DNA from: Sideroxydans sp.
GTDB lineage: Bacteria > Pseudomonadota > Gammaproteobacteria > Burkholderiales > Gallionellaceae
Direction of reading: 5' to 3'
Assembly: GCA_050303535.1 (NCBI GenBank)
Contig: JBNLBY010000002.1
Span: 63,534 to 87,533, forward strand
DNA: 24,000 nt
The notes beneath the pieces were generated by a model. The model had not been told where the DNA came from. It did not search any database and was given only the letters and a program-made list of their open reading frames with translations. Shown here piece after piece: positions 7,670 to 15,801 of the stretch. The number at the start of each line of letters is the position of its first letter. Position 1 is the first letter of the stretch. A program made the position numbers and the translations under genes.

Positions 7670-9460
7670 ATGAACAAAACAATAATTGCTTCGCTTCTGA
7701 CAGGTCTTGGCTTGTTACTTGTACAAACATCATCGTTTGCCGCTGCTACATGGACATCTGCAAGCGGCGCCCAATATGTTCCGGATCAGGTACTGGTCAA
7801 ATTCAAGCCGGGTGTGGGTGCGGCGGCACGCTCGCAAATAGTGCAAACCCATGGCGCCAAGACGATGCAGGCAGTCGGCAAACAATCCAAACTGGTGCTG
7901 GCAAACCTTGCACCCGGTCAGTCGGTGGAACAGGCGGTCAAAGCCTACGCCAACGATCCGAATGTGGAATATGCGCAACCCAACTACATTTACCATGCGC
8001 TTGCCATACCAACGGATTTGCAATACGGCCAACTCTGGGCTGCAAAGAACACCGGGCAGACGATTTCATCAGGAACCTACTCGCCCAATTTTGGCACGGC
8101 AGGTGCAGACATGAACCTTGAATCGGCCTGGGATATCCAGAGCGATTGCAGCTCGGTTGTGGTGGCCGTGGTCGATACGGGCATTAACTACAATTCGCAG
8201 GATCTTTCAGCCAATATGTGGACTGGAAATACGAATCACGGGCAGAATTTTGCGACCGACGGAGCCGCTGGCGACCCGATGGATCTTAGCGGTCATGGCA
8301 CCCATGTGGCGGGCATTATCGCGGCGGCGGCAAACAGCGTTGGCGGTGTCGGTGTTTGCTGGAATGCACAACTCATGGCCGTGCGCGTTCTGGAAGCGGC
8401 CGGATACGGCTACACGTCTTCTATTGTGGCAGGCATCAACTATGCGGTAGCCAATGGTGCCAAAGTGATCAATATGAGTCTGGGGGGCGGCTATTACGAC
8501 GCAGCCATGAACACTGCTATTACGAATGCCCAGACAGCCGGCGTACTGGTTGTCGTGGCGGCCGGGAATTCGGCCAGCAACAATGACGCTGCCGGGAGCG
8601 AAGTCTATCCGTGTAACTATACCCAGGCCAACCTGATCTGTGTTGCTGCGCTCGACCAGAATTATGCACTGGCCTATTTCTCCAACTTTGGTGTGACGAA
8701 TGTCGACGTCGGCGCACCGGGCACCAATATCTATAGCACCTGGGCCGGGACCAACACAACCATGACTGATTTTTCATTCGGCGGAGGGGCGCCAGCAGGC
8801 TGGACGGTTAACAATGGATGGGGCGCTGATGCAGGTGGATGGATTCAGGATCCTGCCACTGGCTGGGGGACATCGCTGTATGCCGCCGGTACGGATGATC
8901 GTGTATATAAGACTTTCAATCTCTCGGGCGTCAGTGCAACTCTTGATGTCGATATTGCCATTAATGTCAGGAACCTGGATTATCTATGGGTATACTCTAT
9001 GCCCACGGCGGGTGATCCATTCGCAGGTGGCGGACAATATGTCTGGGGGATTACCGATGTGGCTTCTGGAACGATTGCTCCTCGTTTGCATGTAGACATA
9101 ACCTCCTGCATTAGCGCGACTTGCACTGTCGGATTTCAATTGACATCCAACGCTGGTTCGGCGGGAGATATCGGCTCCAGATTTACGAACTTTTCCATCA
9201 CGACACTGACGCTTGATAATGTGAGCTACAACACCATCAACGGCACTTCCATGGCAAGCCCTGAAGTTGCAGGTGTCGCTGCACTGGTGTGGGCGCATAA
9301 CCCGTCGTTCACTTATGCCGATGTGGCGGGCGCGGTCAAGAACGGTGGCGATGCCATTGCCGCACTGAGCGGCATCACCACGACGGGCAGAGCGGTCGAC
9401 GCATTGGGTTCGCTGACCTATATCAATCCGCCAACCGGGATTGCGGTAACGGTTCATTGA
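7670..9460 (+). CDS. Secreted S8 (subtilisin-family) serine peptidase with an I9-type propeptide and a ~160-aa internal insertion
   Basis: Signal peptide MNKTIIASLLTGLGLLLVQTSSFA. Propeptide VLVKFKPG...VEYAQPNYIYHA. Catalytic motifs VAVVDTGI (D169), HGTHVAG (H209), AAGNS (N300), NGTSMASPEVAG (S527). Residues ~361-519 between GAPGTNIYST and GTSMASP are extra. Confidence 0.9.
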   Translation: MNKTIIASLLTGLGLLLVQTSSFAAATWTSASGAQYVPDQVLVKFKPGVGAAARSQIVQTHGAKTMQAVGKQSKLVLANLAPGQSVEQAVKAYANDPNVEYAQPNYIYHALAIPTDLQYGQLWAAKNTGQTISSGTYSPNFGTAGADMNLESAWDIQSDCSSVVVAVVDTGINYNSQDLSANMWTGNTNHGQNFATDGAAGDPMDLSGHGTHVAGIIAAAANSVGGVGVCWNAQLMAVRVLEAAGYGYTSSIVAGINYAVANGAKVINMSLGGGYYDAAMNTAITNAQTAGVLVVVAAGNSASNNDAAGSEVYPCNYTQANLICVAALDQNYALAYFSNFGVTNVDVGAPGTNIYSTWAGTNTTMTDFSFGGGAPAGWTVNNGWGADAGGWIQDPATGWGTSLYAAGTDDRVYKTFNLSGVSATLDVDIAINVRNLDYLWVYSMPTAGDPFAGGGQYVWGITDVASGTIAPRLHVDITSCISATCTVGFQLTSNAGSAGDIGSRFTNFSITTLTLDNVSYNTINGTSMASPEVAGVAALVWAHNPSFTYADVAGAVKNGGDAIAALSGITTTGRAVDALGSLTYINPPTGIAVTVH

Positions 9461-9461
9461 T

Positions 9462-9830
9462 GTGAAAGCGGAATTCCTGATCAGCATGGCAGCCCTGTTG
9501 TCTTTGACAACGGTGGCTGCCTGTTCTCAGGTAACCCCATCGAGTTCAGTTGTGGCATCTGCTCCTCCGGCGGCAGTGAAAAAGGATTTTGCAAGCGGCA
9601 GCCAGACAGTCCCCGGGAGTTATATCGTCAAAGCACCCGGAGATGGTGCGACTGCGATTCGAAAGCATTTTGCGCAATACGGAGTGAAACAGGTGAATCC
9701 GATCGGGAACGAGCAGTACGAGATACGACTGGAGCATGATCCGGGCCTGGATGCCTTGAAATCGTCGGTTGTGGGATCGAACGGCGCGGTGACCACGATA
9801 CAGCCGAATTTTGTTTATCGCGCTTTCTGA
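9462..9830 (+). CDS. Lipoprotein made of a free-standing subtilase-propeptide-like (I9-like) domain
   Basis: Starts 2 nt after the subtilase stop (GTG 9462, or ATG 9486). Lipobox TVAAC. SYIVKAPGDG...YGVKQVNPIGNEQYEIRLEH...VTTIQPNFVYRAF mirrors the protease's own propeptide end (...VEYAQPNYIYHA). Confidence 0.6.
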   Translation: MKAEFLISMAALLSLTTVAACSQVTPSSSVVASAPPAAVKKDFASGSQTVPGSYIVKAPGDGATAIRKHFAQYGVKQVNPIGNEQYEIRLEHDPGLDALKSSVVGSNGAVTTIQPNFVYRAF

Positions 9831-9851
9831 ATCAGTTCCGGAAAATCCTGT

Positions 9852-10313
9852 GTGGCCTTTCCGGCGGACCGGCATGATATGTTCGCTATGCATTGGCAGC
9901 GGCTTGACTATAGACTGATCATTGCGGCCGTTGCGCCGCTGCTGTTGAGCCCCTGGCTCCCGCCTTGGGACGGAACTATCTTTGCGTGGGGACTGTTCGG
10001 GGCAATCGTTTTTTGCGTATCCGTTGCCGTGCTGGAAGAGGTGATCTTTCGCGGCGGTATTCAGGGCGGGTTGTTGCGCAAAGCGGTTTTCAACTTCAAG
10101 TTGTTCGGTTTGAGCCGGGCGAACTGGCTGACCAGCGCGCTCTTTGCCGCCGCACATCTCTGGCAGCATCCGTGGATGCTGATACCGGGGTATTTCGTGG
10201 TCTCGCTCGTCCTGGGCTATTTCCGCGAACGTTATAAAGGCATCACCGTACCGGTGGTGTTGCATGTCTGGTACAACCTGTCCTTGTTGTTTCTGCCCGG
10301 GCTGTATGGTTGA
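9852..10313 (+). CDS. CPBP-family (CAAX/Abi) glutamic-type intramembrane protease
   Basis: All three CPBP motifs are present: LEEVIFRG (EExxxR), FAAAHL (FxxxH), HVWYN (HxxxN). Multi-TM. Start uncertain (GTG 9852, ATG 9879 or 9888). Confidence 0.8.
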   Translation: MAFPADRHDMFAMHWQRLDYRLIIAAVAPLLLSPWLPPWDGTIFAWGLFGAIVFCVSVAVLEEVIFRGGIQGGLLRKAVFNFKLFGLSRANWLTSALFAAAHLWQHPWMLIPGYFVVSLVLGYFRERYKGITVPVVLHVWYNLSLLFLPGLYG

Positions 10314-10330
10314 TGCGCTAGCGCAGGGTG

Positions 10331-11581
10331 CTAGTCGCCTTGCGCCAATCTTGGCTTGGATAGTGCCGGGTTCTGCGCGAAGTAGCGTTTGATACCATCC
10401 AGAATGGCACGCGCCATTTTTTCCTGGTATCGCTCATCCTTCAACCGTTTCTCTTCATTCGGGTTGCTGATGAAGGCGGTTTCTACCAGTATCGAAGGTG
10501 TGTCCGGTGATTTCAGCACGGCAAAACCTGCCTGTTCGACGCGTCCGCGATGCAGCGTGTTGATCCTGCCCAATTCCTTGAGCACATGTTTGGCGAGTTT
10601 CATGCTGTCGTTGATGGTGGCGGTTTGCGACAGATCGAGCAGGGTGCGTGCAAGATAGGGATCTTTTACCGAGAGGTTTACGCCACCGATCAAGTCGGCA
10701 TCGTTTTCTTTCTTTGCCAGCCAGCGGGCCGAGGCGCTGGTGGCGCCATGTTCGGATAACGCGAATACCGAAGAACCGCGCGCATGCGATTTGACGAAAG
10801 CATCGGCATGAATGGAAACGAACAGATCGGCATGCGCCTTGCGGGCTTTTTCTACACGTCTGCCCAGCGGAATAAAGTAATCTCCGTCGCGAACAAGCAG
10901 GGCACGCATATCCGGTATATTGTCGATCTGTTTTTTCAGCTTGCGTGCAATGGCAAGCGTCACATTTTTTTCATATGTACCGCGGCGTCCGCGCGCACCG
11001 GGGTCTTCGCCGCCGTGTCCGGCATCGATGGCAATAAGCAGAATACGATTCCTGAGTTCGGTACGCACCGGTGGCGGTTCGGAAACATCGGTTTTGATTC
11101 CATCGGCGTCGGCTTCGCTTCCTGAAAGTTTCTCTTCACCTTGCTGTGCCAGCGCCATCAGCGGATCGACGGCAACCAGCGGATACACGTCCAGCACCAG
11201 GCGATGGCCGTAATCGCTCACCGGTTTCAGGCTGAACAATTGCGGTTTGACCTTGGCTTTGAGGTCAAGCACCAGACGCAGTACACCGGGTTTAAAACGG
11301 CCGAGACGGATGCTTTTGACATAGGGATCGTCGTTGCCGACCTTGCCGGCCAGTTCATTCAATACAGTATTGATTTTGACATCCTCAAGATCAATGACCA
11401 GCCGGTCCGGTTTGGAGAGGGTGAACATTTTGTAACGGATGGGCTGTTCCGATTCGAGCGTCAGGCGCGTGTAATCCTCTGCGGGCCAGATACGGGTCGC
11501 GGTGATGGTAACCTCAGCAAAGACGGAGGGAAGCCAGGCAAGCAATATGAGGAATATCAGGCGGGCAGCGCGCTTAAGCAT
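10331..11581 (-). CDS. N-acetylmuramoyl-L-alanine amidase, AmiB/AmiC type (AMIN domain plus Amidase_3)
   Basis: ORF 10331-11695. The probable start is the ATG at 11581 (MLKRAARLIFLILLAWLPSVFA signal peptide). AMIN-like ITATRIWPAEDYTRLTLES...LVIDL. Catalytic AIDAGHGGEDPGA, FVSIHADA, ILVETAFISNPNEE. Sits downstream of tsaE as in the E. coli yjeE-amiB operon. Confidence 0.9.
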   Translation of the reverse strand: MLKRAARLIFLILLAWLPSVFAEVTITATRIWPAEDYTRLTLESEQPIRYKMFTLSKPDRLVIDLEDVKINTVLNELAGKVGNDDPYVKSIRLGRFKPGVLRLVLDLKAKVKPQLFSLKPVSDYGHRLVLDVYPLVAVDPLMALAQQGEEKLSGSEADADGIKTDVSEPPPVRTELRNRILLIAIDAGHGGEDPGARGRRGTYEKNVTLAIARKLKKQIDNIPDMRALLVRDGDYFIPLGRRVEKARKAHADLFVSIHADAFVKSHARGSSVFALSEHGATSASARWLAKKENDADLIGGVNLSVKDPYLARTLLDLSQTATINDSMKLAKHVLKELGRINTLHRGRVEQAGFAVLKSPDTPSILVETAFISNPNEEKRLKDERYQEKMARAILDGIKRYFAQNPALSKPRLAQGD

Positions 11582-12084
11582 TTCTGTCCCGCATCGGTGT
11601 AGGCATGGAGCATGATTTCGCGCCCCTCCTGGAGAAAGTCGAAAGTGACGCCGATATCTGCGGGGGGCAGCAATCCTGTGGCCTGTTCCGGCCACTCAAC
11701 CAGACATATGTTGAGTCCGTCAAACTCATCGCGAAATCCGGAACCCTCCCATTCTTCGGCATCGCGGAAGCGATACAGATCAAAGTGGCGCAAGTGTAAC
11801 CCAGCCACTTCATAGCGCTCAACCAATGTATAAGTAGGGCTTTTCACGCGTCCCGTATAACCCAGCGCCCGCAACAACGCCCGTACCAGCGTGGTTTTGC
11901 CTGCACCAAGGTTACCGCGCAGATAGATCACCATTCCCGGCTGCAAACCGCGTGCGAAACGCGCCGCAAAATCGGCAGTAGCGGCCTCATCGAGCAGTTC
12001 TATTGCGAGTTTCCGCTCTTCGGCGGAATGCTCGCTTACACCACTTCGGATATGATTCGATTCATGCAAAACGGGACACCTCAA
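11557..12084 (-). CDS. tsaE: tRNA t6A37 biosynthesis ATPase TsaE (YjeE)
   Basis: LRGNLGAGKTTLVRALLRALG Walker A, SPTYTLVERY, HFDLYR, CLVEWPE all match E. coli TsaE. There is no in-frame ATG, so the start is probably TTG at 12084 or 12069. The stop overlaps the amidase start by 25 nt. Confidence 0.85.
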   Translation of the reverse strand: MRCPVLHESNHIRSGVSEHSAEERKLAIELLDEAATADFAARFARGLQPGMVIYLRGNLGAGKTTLVRALLRALGYTGRVKSPTYTLVERYEVAGLHLRHFDLYRFRDAEEWEGSGFRDEFDGLNICLVEWPEQATGLLPPADIGVTFDFLQEGREIMLHAYTDAGQKCLSALPA

Positions 12085-13134
12085 AGGGATTACGCCTCAC
12101 TTGCCGAACGCATCAAGGCGTGGGGCAGTGCGCTTGGATTTCAGGCAGTGGGCATCAGTGACACCTACCTCGAAACAGCAGAAACGCGTCTGCAGCAATG
12201 GCTGGCGAACGGATATCACGGTGCGATGGATTATATGGCAAAACATGGCGCCAGACGCGCACGTCCGGCGGAACTGGTACCCGGTACATTGCGCGTCATC
12301 TCGGTGCGAATGGATTATTACCCGAAACAAACCAGAGACTTGCATGCCGTACTGGCAGAAGGTGAGCGTGCGTATATTTCGCGTTATGCGCTGGGACGCG
12401 ATTACCACAAGGTCATGCGCAACCGGCTGGAAAAACTGGCACAAAAAATCCGCAATGAGGTCACAGCCTGCCGGTGTCGCGTATTCACCGACAGTGCGCC
12501 GGTGCTGGAAGTGGAACTGGCGCAGAAAGCGCATCTGGGCTGGCGCGGGAAACATACATTGCTGCTGTCGCGTGCGCAGGGCTCGTGGTTCTTTCTCGGT
12601 GAGATTTACATTGACCTGCCATTGCCCGTCGACGTGCCGGAAGAGAATCATTGCGGCACCTGCAGTGCATGTCTCGACATCTGCCCCACACAAGCCATCG
12701 TTGCCCCCTGGCAGCTGGACGCGCGGCGCTGTATCTCTTATCTGACCATCGAACTCAAGGGCAGCATCCCTGTTGAACTGCGGCCGCTTATCGGCAATCG
12801 CATCTACGGTTGCGACGACTGTCAGCTTGTCTGTCCGTGGAACCGTTTCGCGCAACAGACCGTCGAGCCAGATTTTGCGGTGCGAAATGGTCTTGACGAT
12901 GTTTCACTGACGGAATTGTTTGCCTGGGACGAGGAGGATTTCCATCGCAGACTGTCAGGCAGCGCCATCCACCGGATCGGATACGAACAATGGCTGCGCA
13001 ATATTGCCGTGGCGCTGGGCAATGCACCGGCCTCGCCTGAGAACATTTCTGCATTGCAGGGACGTTTGCAACACCCTTCTGCACTGGTGCGTGAGCATGT
13101 CGCATGGGCAGTGCAACGCCAATCCGAAAAGTAA
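12064..13134 (+). CDS. queG: Epoxyqueuosine reductase (tRNA queuosine biosynthesis)
   Basis: ORF from 12028. ATG 12064 gives an N-terminus aligned with E. coli QueG (LAERIKAWG...GFQAVGISDT...YHGAMDYMAKHG...PGTLRVISVRMDYYP). 4Fe-4S motifs CGTCSACLDICPTQAI and CDDCQLVCPWN. C-terminal HEAT-like repeat. Confidence 0.9.
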   Translation: MQNGTPQRDYASLAERIKAWGSALGFQAVGISDTYLETAETRLQQWLANGYHGAMDYMAKHGARRARPAELVPGTLRVISVRMDYYPKQTRDLHAVLAEGERAYISRYALGRDYHKVMRNRLEKLAQKIRNEVTACRCRVFTDSAPVLEVELAQKAHLGWRGKHTLLLSRAQGSWFFLGEIYIDLPLPVDVPEENHCGTCSACLDICPTQAIVAPWQLDARRCISYLTIELKGSIPVELRPLIGNRIYGCDDCQLVCPWNRFAQQTVEPDFAVRNGLDDVSLTELFAWDEEDFHRRLSGSAIHRIGYEQWLRNIAVALGNAPASPENISALQGRLQHPSALVREHVAWAVQRQSEK

Positions 13135-13149
13135 AAACGGGCATTTGCC

Positions 13150-13177
13150 TTGACAATTCTGCCTGCTCACATAAAAT
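13150..13177 (+). promoter_or_regulatory. Sigma70-type promoter for tRNA-Lys
   Basis: TTGACA (13150-13155), 16-nt spacer, TAAAAT (13172-13177), 13 nt upstream of the tRNA 5' end. Confidence 0.6.
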
Positions 13178-13190
13178 GCGCAGCTCTTTC

Positions 13191-13266
13191 GGGGCGTTAG
13201 CTCAGCTGGTAGAGCAGCGGACTCTTAATCCGTTTGTCGAGTGTTCGATCCACTCACGCCCCACCA
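13191..13266 (+). tRNA. tRNA-Lys (anticodon CUU)
   Basis: 76 nt. Acceptor ggggcgt/acgcccc, D-arm agctcagctggtagagc, anticodon stem gcgga/tccgt with loop ctCTTaa, T-arm gagtgttcgatccactc, encoded CCA end. Confidence 0.93.
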
Positions 13267-13273
13267 TAAAAAC

Positions 13274-13306
13274 AAAAGGCCCCGCATTTTCGCGGGGCCT
13301 TTTGTT
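13274..13306. terminator. Bidirectional rho-independent terminator (tRNA-Lys and the convergent EAL gene)
   Basis: aaaa-ggccccgc (13278-13285), loop attttc, gcggggcc (13292-13299), then ttttgtt. Confidence 0.8.
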
Positions 13307-13350
13307 ATCCGTACAATGGAAATGATTCGACAGACAGGGGCTTGTGGCGC

Positions 13351-14871
13351 TTATTCCGCGAGCGGTCTCGGCCGGGAGATACCGAACCCCTGCGCATAAT
13401 CAATGCCGACTTCACGTAACTTGGCAATGGTTTCCTCGCTCTCTACCAGTTCCGCGATGGTTTTCACGCCGATCTTTTTTGCCACCTGGTTAACGGCCGT
13501 TATTTTGGCAAGCTCCACAGGACTGCGCAGGATATTGAAAATGATACTGCCGTCGATTTTCAGGAATTCCACCCTGAATCCGCGCAGCAGATCGAATGAA
13601 ATCCGGTCATGACCAAAGCCGCTGATTGCCAACTGGCTGCCGCATTGTTTGATGCGCTGTGCAAATGTTGCAACCTCGTTCGGTTTTGCAACCAGCTCGA
13701 AATTCGGTATTTCAAAACACAAGGCTGCGCCTGGAACACCGTATTCCATGAGCGTCAACTGCAGGAATTCGGGAAAACTATGGTCGCTGATCGTGGCGCC
13801 GGACAGGTTGATGAAAAACAATGAGCTCTTGCGTTTTTTGTCCTGGTTGTTTTGAATGGAAACCCATTCGGTTACATGCTGTACAACCCAGCGATCCAGA
13901 TTCGGCATGAGTCCGTATTTCTCGGCAAGCGGAAAAAAAGCGCCGGGGGGCATCATGCCTTCCTCTTCTTCAAGCAACCGAACCAGAACTTCATAGTGTT
14001 CCATTTCGGTGGAGTCTGAGGCGAGCGGAGAAATGAGTTGGCAGTACAAACTGAAATCTCCTTTTTCGATGGCGGTCCGGATAATGTCAATACCCTTTTG
14101 TCCGGAAATCTGTTGGGAAAAAGAGTCAACATAAGTATTCTGGTTTGATATTTCATCCTGGAGAAGCGCATGTATTTCGGCTGTATCTTCGGAACGAGCC
14201 GAAATTTGTGCATTCACATCGGTATTCTGCACATCGCCGGGCGATGTGATGTCATTCATCAGCATGAAGAATCCGCTCAGTTTGCCATCCTCGTTCAATT
14301 GAGGGATGTGTTCGACGTGCAAGCGGTAGACCGCGCCGTCTGGCATTTCCTGCGTTCGCGCATAATGTACATGCTGTCCATCCAGTGACTGGCGCACCGC
14401 TGTTGCCGACTCCTGATAGGCCTGTGATCCCAGAATTGTCCGGATGTGCTGGCCGTCGATCTGGTCCGGCCGTAAATGCAGCCATTCCATGAAAGCGCGG
14501 TTGTGGTAGCGGCAGTGTCCTTGAGTGTCGAAAAAGGCAACCATGGTCGGCAACACTTCGTCGATCAGGTGCAAACGCGGCTTGCTTGCGGCAATCGTAT
14601 CTTCCGTCCATCGGCGAAGTTTCTTTTCATGATCGAGTTTATCTTTAAGGACGGTTATTTGTGCCAGGCGTCTTGTTGCCTGCCATTCGACTCTGGATGC
14701 GCGGGATGCTTCCGACAGTACCGCGGCCACCAGGACGCCACTCAGGAACGTGGACCATTGCGGGCCGAGTTCGGAAAAGTAAATCGTGAAAACGAGTGCT
14801 GCCGAGATGCCAATGACGGCAAGGCCCGAGACAAAAGGGCGAACTGTATGGAAGATAACGCGAGCTTTCAT
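13351..14871 (-). CDS. Membrane-anchored PAS-EAL protein (c-di-GMP phosphodiesterase-like, EAL motifs degenerate)
   Basis: AAGGAG RBS. Two N-terminal TM helices, a coiled segment, and a PAS domain (VAFFDTQGHCRYHNRAFMEWLHL...FFMLMNDIT). The EAL domain has YEVLVRL, FFINLS, FEIPN, LAISGFGHD (in place of DDFGTG), LKIDGS, AELVESEE and YAQGFGISRP. No GGDEF domain. Confidence 0.85.
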   Translation of the reverse strand: MKARVIFHTVRPFVSGLAVIGISAALVFTIYFSELGPQWSTFLSGVLVAAVLSEASRASRVEWQATRRLAQITVLKDKLDHEKKLRRWTEDTIAASKPRLHLIDEVLPTMVAFFDTQGHCRYHNRAFMEWLHLRPDQIDGQHIRTILGSQAYQESATAVRQSLDGQHVHYARTQEMPDGAVYRLHVEHIPQLNEDGKLSGFFMLMNDITSPGDVQNTDVNAQISARSEDTAEIHALLQDEISNQNTYVDSFSQQISGQKGIDIIRTAIEKGDFSLYCQLISPLASDSTEMEHYEVLVRLLEEEEGMMPPGAFFPLAEKYGLMPNLDRWVVQHVTEWVSIQNNQDKKRKSSLFFINLSGATISDHSFPEFLQLTLMEYGVPGAALCFEIPNFELVAKPNEVATFAQRIKQCGSQLAISGFGHDRISFDLLRGFRVEFLKIDGSIIFNILRSPVELAKITAVNQVAKKIGVKTIAELVESEETIAKLREVGIDYAQGFGISRPRPLAE

Positions 14872-15094
14872 TCTTATCTCCTTTCCGTCATGTGTGCTGC
14901 TGTGAACAAAAATGTCCGGGGAGGCATCTCAGATAGTGAAAGCCTATCACCAGCAGGGCATGCATGCCACGTTATTTCTGCACATCGGCATCTTTTCTGC
15001 AGTATTGCATTTCTTCATATGATGCTCTGATGCCCTGCAGAAAACAATCGCGGCAGATTTTCCGTAGAATGCAGGCTTTCACAGGAGAGCCATT

Positions 15095-15553
15095 TTGAAG
15101 AAACTCACGACTGCCGATCTGTCCAACCTGACTCAGCAGGCCCGGCAGGCGCCGCGTCTGCGCGCCAATTCCAACCTGCATCAGGACCTGAACGACCCAA
15201 TCCAGCGCCTGGCCATTGCCATGGAACCGGACACGCTGATCCTCCCGCATCGCCATCCACATACATGGGAGGTGTTGATCGCCCTCCACGGCAGATTCAC
15301 AGTGCTGGTGTTCGACGATGCAGGCAGGGTTGCCGAGCATGCAGTATTAGGGGAAGACAGCAGCGTCGTGGAGATCCCTGCAGGCGGATGGCATGCGGTG
15401 CTGTCACGAGATGCCGGAGCGGTGATTTTTGAAATCAAGCACGGGCCTTACATGCCCATTGCCGAAGCCGATATTGCAGACTGGAGTAAAGGGCGCACCG
15501 CAGCAGAACTGAACGCGTGGTACGCTGCAGCGCAGATAGGTGATCGTTTTTAG
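15095..15553 (+). CDS. WbuC-family cupin-fold metalloprotein
   Basis: AGGAGA RBS 6 nt before TTG 15095. PRLRANSNLHQDLNDPIQRL...LILPHRHPHTWEVLIALHG...VEIPAGGWHAV has the cupin His cluster and N-terminal pattern I associate with WbuC-like proteins. Confidence 0.55.
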   Translation: MKKLTTADLSNLTQQARQAPRLRANSNLHQDLNDPIQRLAIAMEPDTLILPHRHPHTWEVLIALHGRFTVLVFDDAGRVAEHAVLGEDSSVVEIPAGGWHAVLSRDAGAVIFEIKHGPYMPIAEADIADWSKGRTAAELNAWYAAAQIGDRF

Positions 15554-15672
15554 CAGGATATCTTCGGAAAGTATAATAAATACATGCGGATGAGTTAATT
15601 TTCAGGAACGCACCGTCCTGCAGAAACCCCCGAAAGGGGTAGTGAAACAGGCAATGCAATGGTGTTAGAATA

Positions 15673-15701
15673 TTGACTCGAAGGAAGAGAGTTCATATAA
15701 A
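15673..15701 (+). promoter_or_regulatory. Candidate sigma70 promoter for the 15802 membrane-protein gene
   Basis: TTGACT (15673-15678), 17-nt spacer, TATAAA (15696-15701), in an AT-rich 248-bp spacer about 100 nt upstream of the ATG. Confidence 0.4.
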
Positions 15702-15801
15702 GATTCGGGTTGCTATTTCATAAAGAATAAAAAAATAACAATAGCGACCTTTCAGGCTCCAGCTGAAATGTTCACTCATATTCAAGCAATGGAGGTGCGT
15801 C

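Noticed and set aside
9852-10313. The idea that the CPBP protease is the sorting enzyme of a C-terminal-tag system (JDVT-CTERM or similar) acting on its neighbours.
   Set aside because: None of the adjacent proteins ends in a hydrophobic helix plus basic tail. Their C-termini are ...SFSVPY, ...IAVTVH and ...FVYRAF. There is therefore no visible substrate tag, and the link stays speculative.
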